This document shows positions 26,116 through 40,282 of a stretch of DNA of 64,000 nt, piece after piece. The stretch is from assembly GCF_001194135.2 (NCBI RefSeq), contig NC_068982.1, positions 136,158,294 through 136,222,293 of the forward strand, read 5' to 3'. Numbering within the stretch: position 1 is the first letter of the stretch; the number at the start of each line of letters is the position of its first letter. This DNA comes from Octopus bimaculoides. Its lineage: Eukaryota. The notes under the pieces were generated by a model. It had not been told where the DNA came from, made no database searches, and was given only the letters and a program-made list of their open reading frames with translations. Position numbers and translations under genes: made by a program.

Positions 26116-26545
26116 AACTAACTTAGCTGCACCGCTTCTACGGTGCAGAATGTCATATTGTATTAATCCAATAAAAGGCATCACATCTACATGGACAGCA
26201 TAGAATGCTTAATATCACTTGCTTGCATCACCATTAAGCCTGTAACTCTTATATACATGAGCCAATTTAGAAGCCTCTAAGGTTGGAAACAATAGCCAGA
26301 TTTCTTTAAATCGCAGACTGATATCTTGCAAAAAGACACATTGAATAATGTTGTCATAGGAGAATTAGGCGAGATGATCGTGGTTGGAATGTTTTTTATC
26401 ATAAATCTGGTAAATCATGATCCATGGCAAAAATTTGAACAATGACGATAAATCCTATCAGTTTTTGTAATCCATCCACTAAACAACCGATTTCACAGCA
26501 CGCAATGAAGCTAGAATCAACATTAATTACAACGAAACTTGTTAC

Positions 26546-26548
<3 letters not shown>

Positions 26549-26639
<91 letters not shown>

Positions 26640-26640
26640 T
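26549..26640. repeat. (CT)n microsatellite
   Basis: Directly visible. Confidence 0.97.
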
Positions 26641-27057
26641 CTCTCTTCCTCTATTTCACTATTTTTCTCTGTTTGTCTCACTCTTACAGACAGACACACG
26701 CTATATGACTTTCTCTTCGCCTCTGTTCAATTCTAAGTCAATCAAGAAATATTTTTCTGTGTTCTGATAATTAAATTTACTAAAGCAAACGTTTTCACCG
26801 ATGAACATTATCACAATTTCGGTATAACTACTACAACATTGTACTAATATGTAATCTTACTCTGTATAAACTACAATCAACGTGACCACTATCTGTAGAA
26901 CAGTAATGTGTACTAAAAGTATGAATACTATGCTAGTCATTGTATGCGATGCTCCTCCATATATACAGGGTATTTAGTGCAGAATCAGACCTTATATTCC
27001 CCAGCTGAATCACAAAACACACAATCTAAGGTCGATGCTATGGATTATGGAATAAAA

Positions 27058-27372
27058 GAAGTGGCCAAGTGATTAGAGGTATTTGGCTCAAGATCGTATG
27101 TTCGATCCCTGGTGGCACGTTGTACTTTTGAGCAAGACACTTTATTTAACATTGCCCCAGTTCACTCAGCTGACAAAAATGAGTTGTACTTGTAATTCAA
27201 AGGCCCGGCCTTGTCACATTCTATATCCCGCCGAATCTCCTGGAGAACAACTTTAAAGATGTTCGGATTTGTGGAGTGCTCAGCTACTTGCGCGTTGAAT
27301 TCATAGCAGGTGTTCGGTTGATCGGATAAATTGGAACCATAGGAGTTGCAAGCGACAAAGTGTCTGTTTTGA
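27058..27372 (+). mobile_element. Third tRNA-derived SINE family (CORE-like ttgagcaagacacttta segment)
   Basis: tRNA-like head gtggccaagtgattag..gttcgatccc, then ttgagcaagacactttatttaac..ccagttcactcagctg; homologous copies at 29157, 32365 and 56640. Confidence 0.82.
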
Positions 27373-28718
27373 TTAGAGCAGTTTCCGATGGCATTCAAAT
27401 CCAGAGCGTCAGAAAAATAAAGTAAAACGTCTAACAAGTATTATTTTTAACCTTCTCAACAAAGAATTACTGTGTAAAGTATTTTTACATTTTGTTTTAT
27501 TTGTTTCAACCACTGGACTGCAAAGAACCCGTAGCACCACTTTAAAGAGTAAAGTCGATCAAGTCGTACTGAGTTCTTTGTACTTAAGACTTAAATCTCG
27601 TACTTATGCAGAACTTTTGCAGAATCACCAAGTACCAAGTTAAAAGGACGATTTTCAAACGTACTAGGAGGGAATCTATCCCACAAAAAAAACATTCAAC
27701 CACTCGCACACATACGTAAATAGCACATATGTGTGTGTTTGTGTACACCCCCCACACACACACACAAACATGCACACACACATGTACATATACAAATACA
27801 TATATTGCTATCTAGATATATACGTACAAAACACATACACACACAGACATATATATCGCTTCAGACCATAGATCATACATCATACTCGCTCGCCTCTCAC
27901 TAAATCATAATCTCAACAACGCCAACTGTATGACGTTACCATAATCATCCATACGAATTACACTATGCGCAGTACATAACAAAGCAGAATGATATATTCT
28001 CCAACGTGTTTGATACCACAAAAAGCATTATATAGTGTACCAAAGAATTTTGTAAAATATGCACCGTACCAATGCAGTGAAATGTAGATCGGTGCATCGC
28101 GAAAATAATGAAACTATATTAAAAAATACGGAATGTTAAAAATAAAAGCTGGAGATGAATCAAAGCTATGTTTATCGCAAACATGTTCAAAGAAAAAAAA
28201 TATAGTATAATACTCAAAACACAAAGTGAAGATTTTTTTTCCTTAACAAGTTGCATATATTCATTGAATAAAGAAGTAAGTATATTATAATTCTCTGCAG
28301 TTAAAATTTATCGACTAAATTTATATTTATTGAAGGAAATATACACCAGGTTCTTTTAATAAATTTCCTTGTTTTGGTTCACCAAGTACGCGAAAGTATT
28401 TTTATTAGCATTAAAGTGTGGAATTCTTAAAACACATTCTAGAAACCAATTGCGTACATATATATGTGTGTGTTTGTGTGTACGAAAACATGCAAATATG
28501 AATATATAATACAAATATGTATGTCGTTAAAAGCTTATACAATACCACTCCACTATAGTTGTCAGTTATATTAAAACTATAAATAAGAGTATCTAAAAGA
28601 TACCATCATGCTAGAGATAGCGGTCAATCAAAACTTGACTCTAAAACCACATCAAGTATTCATACAGCACGAGGGGAGACGACAAGGAGACAAAATAAAC
28701 TAGCAAAAAATTATTGGA

Positions 28719-28780
28719 TAATTCCAGATCCCGGATTTCTGTCTTTGCATTAGAAATGCTTTGCCTCATCAGCGGAATAT
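28719..28780 (-). ncRNA. Candidate minimal type-I hammerhead ribozyme (degenerate stem II)
   Basis: Minus strand: auauuccg-CUGAUGA-ggc aaa gcauu ucu aaugc aaa gac a-GAAA-uccggga-UC-uggaau. 6-bp stem I, near-palindromic stem III, AUC site; the base of stem II is mismatched. Confidence 0.45.
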
Positions 28781-29156
28781 ACACAAAATAGTACATAAAT
28801 ACAAATATATATATATACACAACATACGAATACTTACAAATATATATGTATATACAACATACGAATTTGCAACTATATATAAGCTGGGGATTATAAAGAA
28901 ACGAATAAATATCACGGAGGCAAATTGGCTGAAAGAAAAACGTAGAAAATAAAATGATAGGGCACGATCTCCTGCATCGTGGCTGCCATCAGTATTCTCC
29001 AATATGTTCGATTAAGGCTGCACCAAATTTCCTCGTCTATAACCCCAGGAAAGAGTAAACAAGACTTGAAGCTTTTTCATTTAATTTGGAAGAATATCTT
29101 TCTTGGCTACGAAGTCATACTTGATTACGAATGATGGCTAAGAAAACGATATTTCT

Positions 29157-29468
29157 GGCAGTCCGTTGATTAGGACGACGAGAGTTCCAGTAGATCCGAT
29201 CGATGGAACAGTCTGCTTGTGAATTGAACGTGCAGGTGGTTGAGTACTCAACGGAGGTGCTTAGTCTTAATGTAGTTCTCAGGGAGATTCAGCATGACAA
29301 TAAGTGTGACAAGGTCGGCAATTTGAATTACAAGGACAGCCGCTTTTTACCAGCTGAGTGGCTGGAGCTATATGAAATAAAGTGTCTTGCTCAAGGATGG
29401 AACGCATTACTAGGAATTGAACTCACGTCCGCGAGGCGAATAACTTAGTCACTAAGCCACGTACCTTG
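29157..29468 (-). mobile_element. Third-family SINE
   Basis: Reverse complement of 27058-27372 (ccagctgagtggctggag..agtgtcttgctcaagg..cactaagccacg). Confidence 0.82.
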
Positions 29469-30011
29469 GCAAGGGCAAGATATGAACCGTATAGCATAAC
29501 ACACCTTCTTTTCTACTAAACCACGACCTTAATACAACTAGTGTATGCTATATAACATCACCACGTCCTTTTATTTTAGCCAATGAAGGGTATTTTAAGT
29601 TCTTGTTCATCTTGCTAAAATTAGGATCCAGCAGGTAAGGGCAAATTAGATAATGTAACGATAACTACAGCTAAAATAACGGGATGGCCATGGCCAGAAT
29701 GCCTTTGATTATAGGTCCGCTCGATCAGTTTTGACATAGGGATAAAATATTCCATATATTTATTTCGATTTCTTTATAATCACCAGAAATTGCATGTAAT
29801 CACACAGGTCGGTTTACTTCAACTCAATATAACCGTTCTTATACAATAGAGTAATGATGCATTTGAATCTCATTAAACCAGCAACTTCACATGACCGCTT
29901 GCGAAACATGTCTTTTCTGCCATGAAACTACAATTTTCATGTATCATATACACTCACTACTACCCTAGTTCTGTCTCCTCATGGGTTCATATAATCGCAA
30001 TGTACTCCAAC

Positions 30012-30222
30012 CAAATCTAAGCATAGGGCCTTGAAACTTTTGGGGGTAAGGGGATAATAGATTATATGGTCTCCAGTGAGTAACTGGTATTTATTTCATC
30101 GACTGCGAAAGGAGTAAAGGCAATGTCGATCTCGGCGGAATTTGAACTCGGAACGTAGCGGCAGACGAAATGCCGCTAAGCATTTCGCCCAGAGTGCTAA
30201 CGATTCTGCCAGCTCGCCGCAT
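30012..30222 (-). mobile_element. OR2-like SINE
   Basis: Reverse complement head and core. Confidence 0.85.
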
Positions 30223-30312
30223 TACAACCTTCATATAACTATAACTACCTTATACAATGTAAGGATATCTTTGCTAAGTCGATTATCAAATATACATCTT
30301 AATGTGTTATCA

Positions 30313-30355
<43 letters not shown>

Positions 30356-30826
30356 NNNNNNNNNNNNNNNNNNNNNNNNNNNNNNNNNNNNNNNNNNNNN
30401 NNNNNNNNNNNNNNNNNNNNNNNNNNNNNNNNNNNNNNNNNNNNNNNNNNNNNNNNNNNNNNNNNNNNNNNNNNNNNNNNNNNNNNNNNNNNNNNNNNNN
30501 NNNNNNNNNNNNNNNNNNNNNNNNNNNNNNNNNNNNNNNNNNNNNNNNNNNNNNNNNNNNNNNNNNNNNNNNNNNNNNNNNNNNNNNNNNNNNNNNNNNN
30601 NNNNNNNNNNNNNNNNNNNNNNNNNNNNNNNNNNNNNNNNNNNNNNNNNNNNNNNNNNNNNNNNNNNNNNNNNNNNNNNNNNNNNNNNNNNNNNNNNNNN
30701 NNNNNNNNNNNNNNNNNNNNNNNNNNNNNNNNNNNNNNNNNNNNNNNNNNNNNNNNNNNNNNNNNNNNNNNNNNNNNNNNNNNNNNNNNNNNNNNNNNNN
30801 NNNNNNNNNNNNNNNNNNNNNNNNNN
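30356..30826. other. Assembly gap (N)
   Basis: Run of N. Confidence 1.
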
Positions 30827-30930
30827 TAGGCTTACAAAGAATAAGTCTGAGACAATTTGCTCGACTAAAAAAAGGTGGTCCTCCAGTTTGGCCGCGGTTA
30901 AGTGACTGAAACAAATAAAAGAATGAAAGA
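30827..30930 (+). mobile_element. OK-like SINE 3' tail (rest lies in the gap)
   Basis: taggcttacaaagaataagtc..ggtggtcctccagtttggccgcggttaagtgactgaaacaa. Confidence 0.8.
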
Positions 30931-30932
30931 AT

Positions 30933-31000
<68 letters not shown>

Positions 31001-31819
31001 CGAGAGAGAGGGAGAAAGAGAGATGAACTTTTTCACTAAAGAGTCGTTATGAAATGATCAAGCCCTTATTAGCACTACCTCCATAATTCCAAATGCAAAG
31101 TAGCGGCATCCCGACTCACGTCAGTGTAACTAGTGTTTCAATATCCATACAGAATGCAATATATTTTTAGATAATCATGCAGGCGTACGCTCGTACAAAT
31201 TCGGTATCTCTTATTACATTCTCGCGTTCTGTCATTCTGTCCTCTGTGAGTTACCATCTAGATTCCCCTCCACTAAAACTGTTCTGCAAATACAGGGCGA
31301 ATAAATATTTATTTTCTCTCTCTCTCTCCCTCTGTCTCTCTCAATCTCCTCCTCTCTCTCTTTCACACACGTATATCTCACCAAATATCTCATGGTATTT
31401 TCATATTTCCTTACAACAGTTTAAACAGAATCTATATTATTGAGTAAATATCACTTTTATTTTAGCAACTTTATATGATCAATATATTAGCAAGTAAAAA
31501 AAAATACCCCCACCTTTTTTATAATGACAATACCTTTATCACCATAAACACGACATAGGAATTTTTTTCTCGATAGAACGTAACCACCATAGAAATAGGA
31601 GAAACCATCAGCTTTTAAGCAAGCACATTATACAACAGAGGGAGCCCCTATAAGTTTGTTAGGTAAATCCTAAACACCGTCCTAAACCTGTGCAAATACA
31701 TGCAGCATACAGTTGCACTAAACAAATACTACTGTACAACAAGACAAGTGGTAGGGGACACTTTTGCTAAGAAGACCTCACCCATGCTCCTAAATCCGTA
31801 TGCAATAATAGAATTTAGA

Positions 31820-32245
31820 AAGGCAGCGAGCCGGTAGAGACGTTAGCACGCCGGGCGAAATGCTTAGCGGTATTTCGTTTGCCTCTACGTTCTGAGTTCA
31901 AATTCCGCCGAGGTCAACTTTGCCTTTCATCCTTTCGGGGTCGATTAAATAAATACCAGTTACACACTGTAGTCGATATAATCGACTTAATCCGTTTGTC
32001 AGTACTTGTTTGTCTCCTCTGTGTGTAGCCCCTTGTAGGCATTAAAGAAATAAGAAACGTTAGCACGCCGGGCGAATTGCTTAGCGGTATTTCGTCTGTC
32101 TTTACGTTCAAATTCCGCCGAGGTCGACTTTGCCTTTCATACTTTCGGAGTCAATAAATTAAGTGCCAGTTGTGTACTGGGGTCGATATAATCGATTGTC
32201 TCCTTGCCCCAATATTTAGGGTCTTGTGCCTAGAGTAGAAGAGAA
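31820..32245 (+). mobile_element. Dimeric OR2-like SINE
   Basis: Two head+core units in tandem; the first has tail ...cttgtaggcattaaagaaata, the second ...gtcttgtgcctagagtagaagagaat. Confidence 0.88.
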
Positions 32246-32364
32246 TATTAACCGCTACTTTCAACAGCAAGGTGTGCGTCACAAGACAACAGCTCACTCC
32301 GCCTTAAAACTATTCACGATCATTATATAAAACTCACTCCAGCTCAGTCACTATTTCGAGATGC

Positions 32365-32612
32365 GGAGGCGCGTAGACTAGTGGTTAGAGTGTAGGACCC
32401 ATGATTATAAGATTGTGGTTTCGATTCCTGGACCGGGCGACGTTTTGCGTTCTTGAGCAATGCACTTCATTTCACGCTCTTCCAGTCCACTCAGCTAGCA
32501 AAAATGAATAATCCTACGACGAACAAGAGTCCCGTCCATGTGGTGAATATATGCACCATGAAACCGGGAAACCAGCCCTTATGAGTCGGTATGACTCGAG
32601 AAAGTAACTTTA
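32365..32612 (+). mobile_element. Third-family SINE variant
   Basis: ggaggcgcgtagactagtggttagagtg..gtttcgattcctggaccggg..ttcttgagcaatgcacttcatttcacg..ccagtccactcagctagc. Confidence 0.82.
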
Positions 32613-35600
32613 ATATTTTTACTATTTTCAGATCAACAGAAAATATAATCCTTTATTCTATCTCAACTGTTGCTTTCAGTAACACATTATGCAGTATAGA
32701 AAACTCACTCACTACCTATAAAACAATATTTTCAGAATAGCATCAGACAATTTCACTTTAACACATTTTATATTCACAATTTACAAGAGGGATACACGAC
32801 TTATATATTGTACACCACCTGAACTGCAACTTTCAGCAACACTAAATACAATATCCACCTATTTTCTTACACTCCGCCTTCACTGTTAAGCTCTATGTAC
32901 GCATCTCAGAAACAGCTCTTAATTTCATAAGTCGGTAGGAGGATATACTCAAAAGTAAACCCCTCACCGCATATTAACCGCTACTTTCATTTGCAGGAGA
33001 ACATCACACCACGCCACAAATGCTACTTTCTTTGTCACTGTATAAAACTCAAGAGCAGTTATTACTCCACTTTAACTTTACCATTCCGTTGCAGGGTATG
33101 AACTTAAAGTATACCTCTCACTCCACATTAACCGCTACTTTCTGTAGCAACGACAACATTTCACTCCTTACTAACTGCTACCTTCAATATCATTGTAATC
33201 AACCCGCTTCAACTCAAACGCTATATAGCATAGAAAATATAATCTCTAACTTTGCCGCAACTAACGCTTTCAGTAAAACCGTATACCGAACAGGAAAATA
33301 TTTCACTCGCCGAAAACTAATTTTTTTTTTTTCATAATAACGCGATAAATCACAAGAGTATTTTATTTTACACATACAACTAATCTTTTTTTATTCAATA
33401 TCAAAGCGTACAGAGATGTGTTATTTTCATATTAAAAGATACTGTGTAATACAGCATAAGAACACGTTATCTCATTCCAATTACATTACTACATTGCAAT
33501 AACTATTTACTCCGACTAAACCGCCGCTTTCATAATCACATTATACCACATAGCAACAACGATTTATTTCACCGCTACTTCAGAATGACAGTATACAGCA
33601 CACGACTAAATACACTGATTTCATTTCAACTGTAAACTTCATCGCACAACGCAACTCAAACACTCACTCTATCTTAGATACTACTTTCGGCAGCTTCATT
33701 GATATATAACACAATAAAAGGCCTTATACCATCACGACCACTACTTTCAGAATCACGTTATACATCACAAGAGGACTTCCCTTATTTCATTTTCATCTGA
33801 AATATCATAACGTGTGGCTCAATGTACAATGCAGGAATAATTCACTCTTCAAATTAAAAGCTTCTCTTATAATATAGCACCAGAACACACGTGGATTCAT
33901 ACAACTTGGATAAATGCATTTCGAAACCTCAGTAATATTTTCTTACATCAGCTTAATACTTACCATTTCTTAATAGAAACATTTCTTATACTTTACCATA
34001 AATATTACGTTAGTGTCAATCTATACAACTAAGTAACACATTCTGATAATACAACTTTCCCTGCTGTTTCACTACTACTGTATACAACACCATAAGCGTC
34101 AGTACTATCGTATACAGCGCAGTAATGCTTTCTTACAACTCTAACGTAACAACTGTCTTCTCTATATCAACACAGTAGCACTTTCTTATACTCCAGCATA
34201 ACAGCCGCTTTAAGTGTCATTGTATATAACACACACAGTATGGATTTCCTGACTCCGCCTTAGCTACTACTTTCAGCATCACCGTATGCAACACATTGAC
34301 GCTTTCTTACACTCCACCTTTGTTGCCTTCATTATGATTGTCAATCAACAACACAAACACATTGTTAAATTACAACATTACTAATTTCATTATTATTGTA
34401 AATAACACAGAACGCTTTTTCTCCAACTTCATTTAAACTGCTATTTAACATAACAGTAAGTATAATACAGTAAGGAGCTTTCTCATACTCCATCTGAAAT
34501 GCTCCTTTCAGTATCACTGTTTAGAAATCAGAGTCAACTCACACTCCACCTAAACTTCAATCTTCTTTAGCAAGGCATACGGCTTAACAAAATCTCTCAC
34601 TCCACATTAACCGCTACTTTCATTAGCGCATAATATATATCCCCATAAAACGTCTCATTCCACCCATACTGCTACTTTCACTATTAGTATATACAGTTCA
34701 GTGCAACTCAGCCGCTACCTTCAGTATACACCATAAGAAGACTTCTCACTCCACATTAAGCGCTGCTTCTATTAGCAGAGTATATGTATCACATGAAAAC
34801 ACCTTACTCCACCTTAACTGCTATTTTCACTATCGGAGTAAACAACTCGATGCACTTCTACTGCTACTTACAATAATAAAGTGTACAGCATGGGAAAAAA
34901 TCTATCACTCTCTTTAATCCGATATATTTAGAATCTCATATACAACGTATGGTCACATGATGTTACACACTGACAATTTCCTCCACTCCAGCTTAGCTAT
35001 CAGTGTCACTGATACAGTATACGAGAGGGTAATGCTTTCTCGCACTCCGACTTAACTGCTACTGTCAATATAACTGTATACGACTCAGAACCAGCTCGCA
35101 CTCCAACAAAAAGTCAATTTTCATTAGCAAGGTACACAGCATAAGAGAATCTGTCACACTACATTAACTGCAACTTCCAGCAGCGCAGTATATAATCGCC
35201 GGTAAAATATTTTCATAAGTGTAGTAGATATCAACGGAAAAGATCTCACTCCATTCCAACTGCTACTTTCTCTCTAGGTTTATACAATTCGCTGCAGCTC
35301 AACTCCTACTTTCTGTAAAGATGTATGCAGCACTGGAAGATTTTTCTATACCTGTAAACGGATATATTCAGATTCATACTATAAAACAAAATAGCACATA
35401 ATATCACACGCAAACTTATATTTGCTATTCAATATCCCAGTTTGCAAGACAGAGACGTGTTGTTTTACATTAATATTACCTTTTATAATTTAACACCAGA
35501 GCCCATATTAAAGATTACTGTTGGAAGCTACGTTAGAATCACTATTAACAAGAGTGAAATCATTATTTGCTTCCACTAAACTGCTACTTCCATAATCGCA

Positions 35601-36253
35601 GTATATCACAAGGAGGCAAAGAATCATTTAACTCCAACTTAACTGCTACATCTAGAATTGTTGTATGAAGCGAAGCACTAACTCTAGATCTACTAACTTT
35701 AGTTAAATTGTTCTTTACGTATACAGCACATCAGAATCCCTCGCTACATTCTAAACACTAAACCTAAACCCAACAAAATCTCTCACACCAACGTAAGGCC
35801 TTCGTTCTCAATCAGCTAAAACAGCGCAAAACAAAATCAATTCATTTAATCTTCACTTAACCTAAATGTATATATCATATCTAAATATACATTGTAGAAA
35901 TAATATTCTTTAATGATTTATTATAAGAATACTCATGACTCAATTCCACATGGACGACTGTATATAAAATCCATTTTTCATTTAGAATCATTGATTGCTA
36001 TACAGAAGACTTTCGTACACAGTACCCTAAAGCCCAGATGCACTTTCTTATACTCCACCTCAATTTCCACTTTTAGTATAGCTTGGTATAATACCGATTT
36101 ACCTTAACTACTAATTTCAGTGTCACCTAAGACAGAAGAGCAATGCTTTCTTGCACCTCAACTCAACTGCCACTTTCACTATCCATATAATCAGCACATT
36201 ACGCTTTCACATACCCCATCTTAATTGCTACTTTTTGTAATAATATATGCAGT

Positions 36254-36425
36254 AGGCAGGAGTGGCTGTGTGGTAAATAGCTTGCTTATCAACCACGTGG
36301 TTCCAGGTTCAGTCCCACTGCGTTGCCCCTAGGACAAGTATTTTCTACTATAGCTTCGGGTCGACCAAAGCCTTGTGAGTGGATTTGGTAGACGAAACTG
36401 CACGAAGCCCGACACACACACACAC

Positions 36426-36477
<52 letters not shown>

Positions 36478-36690
36478 CGCGCGCTTGTGTGCCTGTGTTT
36501 GTACCCCCACCATCGTTTGACAACCGATGCTAATTTGTGTCCGGTTTCGTAAATAGCGGTTCTGCAAAAGAGACCCGATAGAATAAGTACTAAGCTTACA
36601 AAAAATAAGTCCTGGTGTCGATTTGTTCGACTAAAGGCTGTGCTCCAGTACAGTCGCACTCAAATGACTGAAACAAATAAAAGAATAAAA
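36254..36690 (+). mobile_element. OK-like SINE, full length
   Basis: Head ggcaggagtggctgtgtggtaaatagcttgc..ggttcagtcccactgcg, internal (TA)(TG) tract, tail gtgctccag..tgactgaaacaaataaaag. Confidence 0.92.
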
Positions 36691-36805
36691 GTACAGTAAC
36701 GCTTCCTCACACTCCACTTAAATGTGACTTTCAGTATCACAGAAAATAACTTAGAATCAGCCCTTATTCTATCTGAATCTCAACAATCACTAGCACAGTA
36801 TAGAC

Positions 36806-37050
36806 CAGGGTTTCTCAACGGGAGCCAAAGCATTTCTTAGGGGCCATAACATATTAAACATTGTTGTTGCTGGTATCCTTTCGTCTCAGGAGACAATGGA
36901 GTTGCGCATAAACTACTCTTTCTAAACTTTCTACTTCTCTAGATGCCTTAAGCTGCGGGACAGAGTGGGGATAAAACCTTAGCATGGGAGCCATAGCAAT
37001 TTCGCATTGCATTAAAGGAGGCCACGGCCAGCATGAGGTTGACAAAACTG
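36806..37050. mobile_element. Non-autonomous hAT (Charlie-like) MITE, 245 bp
   Basis: Termini CAGGGTTTCTCAAC ... GTTGACAAAACTG; identical 8-bp TSD GTATAGAC at 36798-36805 and 37051-37058. An 8-bp TSD resembling NTCTAGAN is characteristic of Charlie-type hATs. Confidence 0.88.
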
Positions 37051-37325
37051 GTATAGACTATAAGCAAACCTCTCACTCCATAGTAACCGCTACTTGCATT
37101 AGCGCAGTATTTAACATCAGAAAACGTTTCACTCTACCGATACTGCTACTCTCATTATCAACATTTAGAACTTACTGCATCTCAACTGTACTTTCAATAA
37201 CACGGTATACAACGTAGGAAAACCTTTCACGTTCCATAATCAAATATTTCCAGTATCATGTTATAAATTACTAGGACGCTTCATTGCAGATACATTTTTC
37301 TTCTACTCAATATTACAGTTTACGA

Positions 37326-37515
37326 CGCCGGGAAAAAATGCTTAGCGGCATTTCGTCCGTCTTTACTTTCGGAGTTCAAATTCCACCAAGGTCGACTTTG
37401 GCTTTCATCCTTTCGGGGCCAATAAAATAAGTACTAGTTGAACACTGGGGCTGATATAACCGACTTATCCCCGCTCCCGAAATTGCTGGACTTGTGCCAA
37501 AATTTGAAATGGATA
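37326..37515 (+). mobile_element. OR2-like SINE, slightly 5'-truncated
   Basis: cgccgggaaaaaatgcttagcggc..gtcgactttggctttcatcctttcgggg.. Confidence 0.87.
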
Positions 37516-40282
37516 TTATAGGTTACAAGACAAAGATACATCTTATCCACATTAAACGCTATCCCTATAATTAAACACAAGAATACACATTATATTATTC
37601 CAAATATTCTACTACATTTGGAATCACTATTTACAAGATACAAAGTGAACACTGACTCATTTGTTACAATCGTAATCACAAACTATCTTATACAAACAAC
37701 ATACTATTTAGCACCAATTTAACTGCTACATTTAAACCCACAGAACCATATATATTAACTTCACCTCAGTTACTACATTCAGTGGATAGCATAGCAAATC
37801 CGCTCTCTCTAATCTAAACACTAACTTCTGGTGTATAATATTGAGCAATTGGAAATATCTTACGTCATCATAACCGCTACTTTCAGTACCACGGTGTACA
37901 TCACAGAAATATTTTCTTTTTTTATCCTCTCCTGAAATATAATTATTGCTATCTCAGTGAACAGCACAAAAAGATTTCTGACTTGAAAGTAAGGAATGCA
38001 CTAGAACACATATGACTTCATGCTACTTGGACTAATGCATTTAGAAGCAACATAGCCATTTTCACTGAAACGAGCTTTGTCACATTTACTATCATCGTGC
38101 ACAACACGGTAACTCATTCTAATAGTCTACCTTAACTGCAACATTTAGTTTTACTCTTTGCAACACGTTTACGCATTTTCCTCCTCCGCCATAACTGCCA
38201 CTTTTAGCATCGTTGCATTAGAAACAGTAACAATCAACTTATGTTACGTTCAGTACCATTGTATAAAATTCTGAATCAAATCGTATTTCACTTAAACCTT
38301 AATAATCATTAGCTCAGTATACAGCATAGCTAAATCTCTCACGACACGTTAACCGCTAATTTCTCAGGCGCAGGTTATATCCCCAGAAAATTACTAAATT
38401 TATAGAACACTGTAAAGCAGAATTCATCTATGTAATAGAATAATGCGTTCTTACACTCCAAACAACTGCTACTTTAAATATTTTGAGCATACGTTAGCAA
38501 CTCCCTTCACACCACCTTAAACTCAACAATATTTAGTTAGGTAACACCTCTCACTCCACGATACCGCTACTTTCATTAGCGGAATAGATATCACCGTAAC
38601 ACCTCTCACTCCACCCTAACTGCCACTTCCATTATACATGTATACAACGCACTACACTTCTAGCGCTACTTTCAGTAACACAATATATAATACAGGAAAC
38701 TCTTTCACGGTCCAATTTCACTGCTATCTTTACAATCAAAGGAAGCAAAATAGGTCTAAATACTCTGACTCCACCTCAATTGTTACTTTTGGTGTAAAGT
38801 GTAGCACAGCTTCTCTCTACACTCCAATCATTAATTTCGATAGCATAATATAAAGCAAAGAAAGACCTCATATCACGAAACGCGACGCTTTACGCGATAC
38901 TTTCAATGTCATGTTATGCATCACACGACTAGGAAAATATCATAATCAGAACTTCAGTGTGCACTACAGGAACAACCCTGGCTTCAGTTTAATAAACACT
39001 GGTGGTATATATAATACAGTACCAGAAATCACGTGGTTTTATTCAAACTGGACTACATTTAGAATTGATATAAGAATGTTCACTAAATCCAGCTCCAATG
39101 TTACATTTAGACTCACTGTATACAAATCATTTGCATCTTCGTACACCCCGCTTTAGCTGCTACTTTTATTATCACTGTGTACACAACAGTAACGCTTTCT
39201 TACGCACCAACGTAACAGCTATCTTCTGTCTCAACACAGTAGCACTTTCTTATACTCCACCATAACCGCCACTTTCCGTATCACTACATGCAACACAGTA
39301 AGGATTATCAGCACTCCGCCTTAGTTTCTACTTTCAACATCGAATACAACACAGGAATGCTTTCCTACACTCCAACTTAGCTGCTACCATCGCTATCATT
39401 GCTAACGGCGGATAACGATTTCTCACGCTCCAGCTGAACTGCTACTTTCACTTTCACTGTATAAAACTCACAAGCTACTCTCACTCCACCTAAACATTAG
39501 CATTCATTAGCATAGTATACAGCATAAGTAAACATTAACCGCTACTCACATGAGTACAGTATATATCACCATAAAACGCCTCCCTTCCTCCTAACTGCCA
39601 CTTTCAGTATAAATGCAAATCCCTCTCTACACCTCAGCTGCTACTTTCAGTAACATAGTCTACGACACACGGAAATCTTCCTCTCTGTTTTTCAATATTT
39701 TCCGAAACACGTTATAAAATCCAAGAGCACATTATTTCGATACATATTCACTTTACTGTACAATATCACAGTTTGCAAAACAAAGACTTGACATATTTCA
39801 TATTAAATACTATTCCTATAATACTCCGCAAAAAACATGAATATTATTCCAGTTACAATACTGCTTTATGAATTATTATTTACAAAACAGAAACCGTGTT
39901 CTCTGTGCACTCCAACTGAACTGCCTCTTCTATAATCAGTGACTGTCAAACTACATATTAATTCACTCCAGCGTAACTGCTGTCTTTAGAATTATAGGAT
40001 GCAATATAGGGTCCAACATAATCTCGACACCTCAGTTACTGCTTTCGTTGGACTGCATAGCAAATTCTCTTTCTTCAATCTAAACACTAATTTCTGGTAC
40101 GTAACATGCAGAAATTGAAAATTTCTTTCGCGATTATAATCGCTACTTTCAGTGTCGTGTTGTACACCACAGAAAATCTTTATTTCGTCCACATCTCAGA
40201 TACTGTAGTCACTATCTCAGTGTACAGTACAGGAAAATATATTCCTTCAACTTAAAAAGAAAACAAAAATGTATTCTATATT

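Noticed and set aside
32365-32440. tRNA genes at SINE heads (also 27058, 36254 and OR2-like heads)
   Set aside because: A/B-box-like heads run straight into SINE bodies and occur as diverged dispersed copies; not supportable as tRNA genes.
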